Both the position numbers and the translations under genes were made by a program. The notes under the pieces are model-generated. The model had not been told where the DNA came from. It saw only the letters and a program-made list of their open reading frames with translations, and ran no database searches. Shown piece by piece: positions 61,079 through 64,000 of a DNA stretch of 64,000 nt. The DNA comes from Eledone cirrhosa (taxonomy: Eukaryota), in contig OZ024742.1 in NCBI GenBank assembly GCA_964016885.1, positions 247,504,001 through 247,568,000 of the forward strand, written 5' to 3'. Position 1 is the stretch's first letter. Every line of letters begins with the position of its first letter.

Positions 61079-64000
61079 TTGGAATAAATGCTCTGAAATA
61101 GCGATATATATGTGAATATAGACATAGAATATTCGAAAATATTCTGTATGTTTATAATAAACATTTTGAAGACCTAATCGCTATAGAATAGAATACGTCA
61201 CGTATTACAATTAGATTCTCGATAAAAGCAAGGGAAGTAATCTACGCGTTTCATTCTCGTTAGAAATCATCAGGACTACATATCCAGTGCTTTTATCGAG
61301 AATGACACAGCTAGAGACTTATAGAATACTTAGCTGTGTACAGGAACTGGTTTGAAAGAGCGGTTGCCGGTCCGGCAGAAATTAGAAATTGGAATAAATG
61401 CTCTGAAATAGCGATATATATGTGAATATAGACATAGAATATTCGAAAATATTCTGTATGTTTATAATAAACATTTTGAAGACCTAATCGCTATAGAATA
61501 GAATACGTCACGTATTACAATTAGATTCTCGATAAAAGCAAGGGAAGTAATCTACGCGTTTCATTCTCGTTAGAAATCATCAGGACTACATATCCAGTGC
61601 TTTTATCGAGAATGACACAGCTAGAGACTTATAGAATACTTAGCTGTGTACAGGAACTGGTTTGAAAGAGCGGTTGCCGGTCCGGCAGAAATTAGAAATT
61701 GGAATAAATGCTCTGAAATAGCGATATATATGTGAATATAGACATAGAATATTCGAAAATATTCTGTATGTTTATAATAAACATTTTGAAGACCTAATCG
61801 CTATAGAATAGAATACGTCACGTATTACAATTAGATTCTCGATAAAAGCAAGGGAAGTAATCTACGCGTTTCATTCTCGTTAGAAATCATCAGGACTACA
61901 TATCCAGTGCTTTTATCGAGAATGACACAGCTAGAGACTTATAGAATACTTAGCTGTGTACAGGAACTGGTTTGAAAGAGCGGTTGCCGGTCCGGCAGAA
62001 ATTAGAAATTGGAATAAATGCTCTGAAATAGCGATATATATGTGAATATAGACATAGAATATTCGAAAATATTCTGTATGTTTATAATAAACATTTTGAA
62101 GACCTAATCGCTATAGAATAGAATACGTCACGTATTACAATTAGATTCTCGATAAAAGCAAGGGAAGTAATCTACGCGTTTCATTCTCGTTAGAAATCAT
62201 CAGGACTACATATCCAGTGCTTTTATCGAGAATGACACAGCTAGAGACTTATAGAATACTTAGCTGTGTACAGGAACTGGTTTGAAAGAGCGGTTGCCGG
62301 TCCGGCAGAAATTAGAAATTGGAATAAATGCTCTGAAATAGCGATATATATGTGAATATAGACATAGAATATTCGAAAATATTCTGTATGTTTATAATAA
62401 ACATTTTGAAGACCTAATCGCTATAGAATAGAATACGTCACGTATTACAATTAGATTCTCGATAAAAGCAAGGGAAGTAATCTACGCGTTTCATTCTCGT
62501 TAGAAATCATCAGGACTACATATCCAGTGCTTTTATCGAGAATGACACAGCTAGAGACTTATAGAATACTTAGCTGTGTACAGGAACTGGTTTGAAAGAG
62601 CGGTTGCCGGTCCGGCAGAAATTAGAAATTGGAATAAATGCTCTGAAATAGCGATATATATGTGAATATAGACATAGAATATTCGAAAATATTCTGTATG
62701 TTTATAATAAACATTTTGAAGACCTAATCGCTATAGAATAGAATACGTCACGTATTACAATTAGATTCTCGATAAAAGCAAGGGAAGTAATCTACGCGTT
62801 TCATTCTCGTTAGAAATCATCAGGACTACATATCCAGTGCTTTTATCGAGAATGACACAGCTAGAGACTTATAGAATACTTAGCTGTGTACAGGAACTGG
62901 TTTGAAAGAGCGGTTGCCGGTCCGGCAGAAATTAGAAATTGGAATAAATGCTCTGAAATAGCGATATATATGTGAATATAGACATAGAATATTCGAAAAT
63001 ATTCTGTATGTTTATAATAAACATTTTGAAGACCTAATCGCTATAGAATAGAATACGTCACGTATTACAATTAGATTCTCGATAAAAGCAAGGGAAGTAA
63101 TCTACGCGTTTCATTCTCGTTAGAAATCATCAGGACTACATATCCAGTGCTTTTATCGAGAATGACACAGCTAGAGACTTATAGAATACTTAGCTGTGTA
63201 CAGGAACTGGTTTGAAAGAGCGGTTGCCGGTCCGGCAGAAATTAGAAATTGGAATAAATGCTCTGAAATAGCGATATATATGTGAATATAGACATAGAAT
63301 ATTCGAAAATATTCTGTATGTTTATAATAAACATTTTGAAGACCTAATCGCTATAGAATAGAATACGTCACGTATTACAATTAGATTCTCGATAAAAGCA
63401 AGGGAAGTAATCTACGCGTTTCATTCTCGTTAGAAATCATCAGGACTACATATCCAGTGCTTTTATCGAGAATGACACAGCTAGAGACTTATAGAATACT
63501 TAGCTGTGTACAGGAACTGGTTTGAAAGAGCGGTTGCCGGTCCGGCAGAAATTAGAAATTGGAATAAATGCTCTGAAATAGCGATATATATGTGAATATA
63601 GACATAGAATATTCGAAAATATTCTGTATGTTTATAATAAACATTTTGAAGACCTAATCGCTATAGAATAGAATACGTCACGTATTACAATTAGATTCTC
63701 GATAAAAGCAAGGGAAGTAATCTACGCGTTTCATTCTCGTTAGAAATCATCAGGACTACATATCCAGTGCTTTTATCGAGAATGACACAGCTAGAGACTT
63801 ATAGAATACTTAGCTGTGTACAGGAACTGGTTTGAAAGAGCGGTTGCCGGTCCGGCAGAAATTAGAAATTGGAATAAATGCTCTGAAATAGCGATATATA
63901 TGTGAATATAGACATAGAATATTCGAAAATATTCTGTATGTTTATAATAAACATTTTGAAGACCTAATCGCTATAGAATAGAATACGTCACGTATTACAA
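61071..64000 (-). repeat. 310-bp tandem array carrying hammerheads (non-LTR retrozyme-like satellite); 9 full units plus a partial unit, running off the window
   Basis: attagaaattggaataaatg recurs at 61071, 61381, 61691, 62001, 62311, 62621, 62931, 63241, 63551 and 63861; units look identical by eye. Confidence 0.95.
61237..61279 (-). ncRNA. minimal type I hammerhead ribozyme (first of 9 copies, every 310 bp)
   Basis: Minus strand reads GUAGUC CUGAUGA U-UUCU-aacg-AGAA-U GAAA CGCG UA^GAUUAC: canonical core, stem I GUAGUC/GAUUAC, palindromic stem III ACGCGU, GUA cleavage triplet. Confidence 0.85.

Overview
AT-rich eukaryotic DNA packed with microsatellites. The SINE families and the (TA)n/(CA)n/(TATG)n load suggest an octopus genome (inference). 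There is no confident protein-coding gene; almost every ORF in the track is a microsatellite translation ([12 protein letters not shown]). The window holds about 16 copies of a tRNA-derived SINE, decayed R4/Dong-type and CRE-type RLE retrotransposons, a mariner pseudogene, piggyBac and mariner MITEs, and an unclassified hairpin element found in (TA)n. The main finding is a 310-bp perfect tandem array (61071 to the window end). Every unit carries a minimal type I hammerhead ribozyme on the minus strand inside a highly structured monomer, as in a non-LTR retrozyme or circRNA-producing satellite. Two further findings: a dispersed family folds as a complete type I hammerhead with an unusual CAGAAGA core, and a 566-bp tandem array ends in a fold-back inversion. 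One candidate coding exon (13423-13550, minus strand) is flagged at low confidence.
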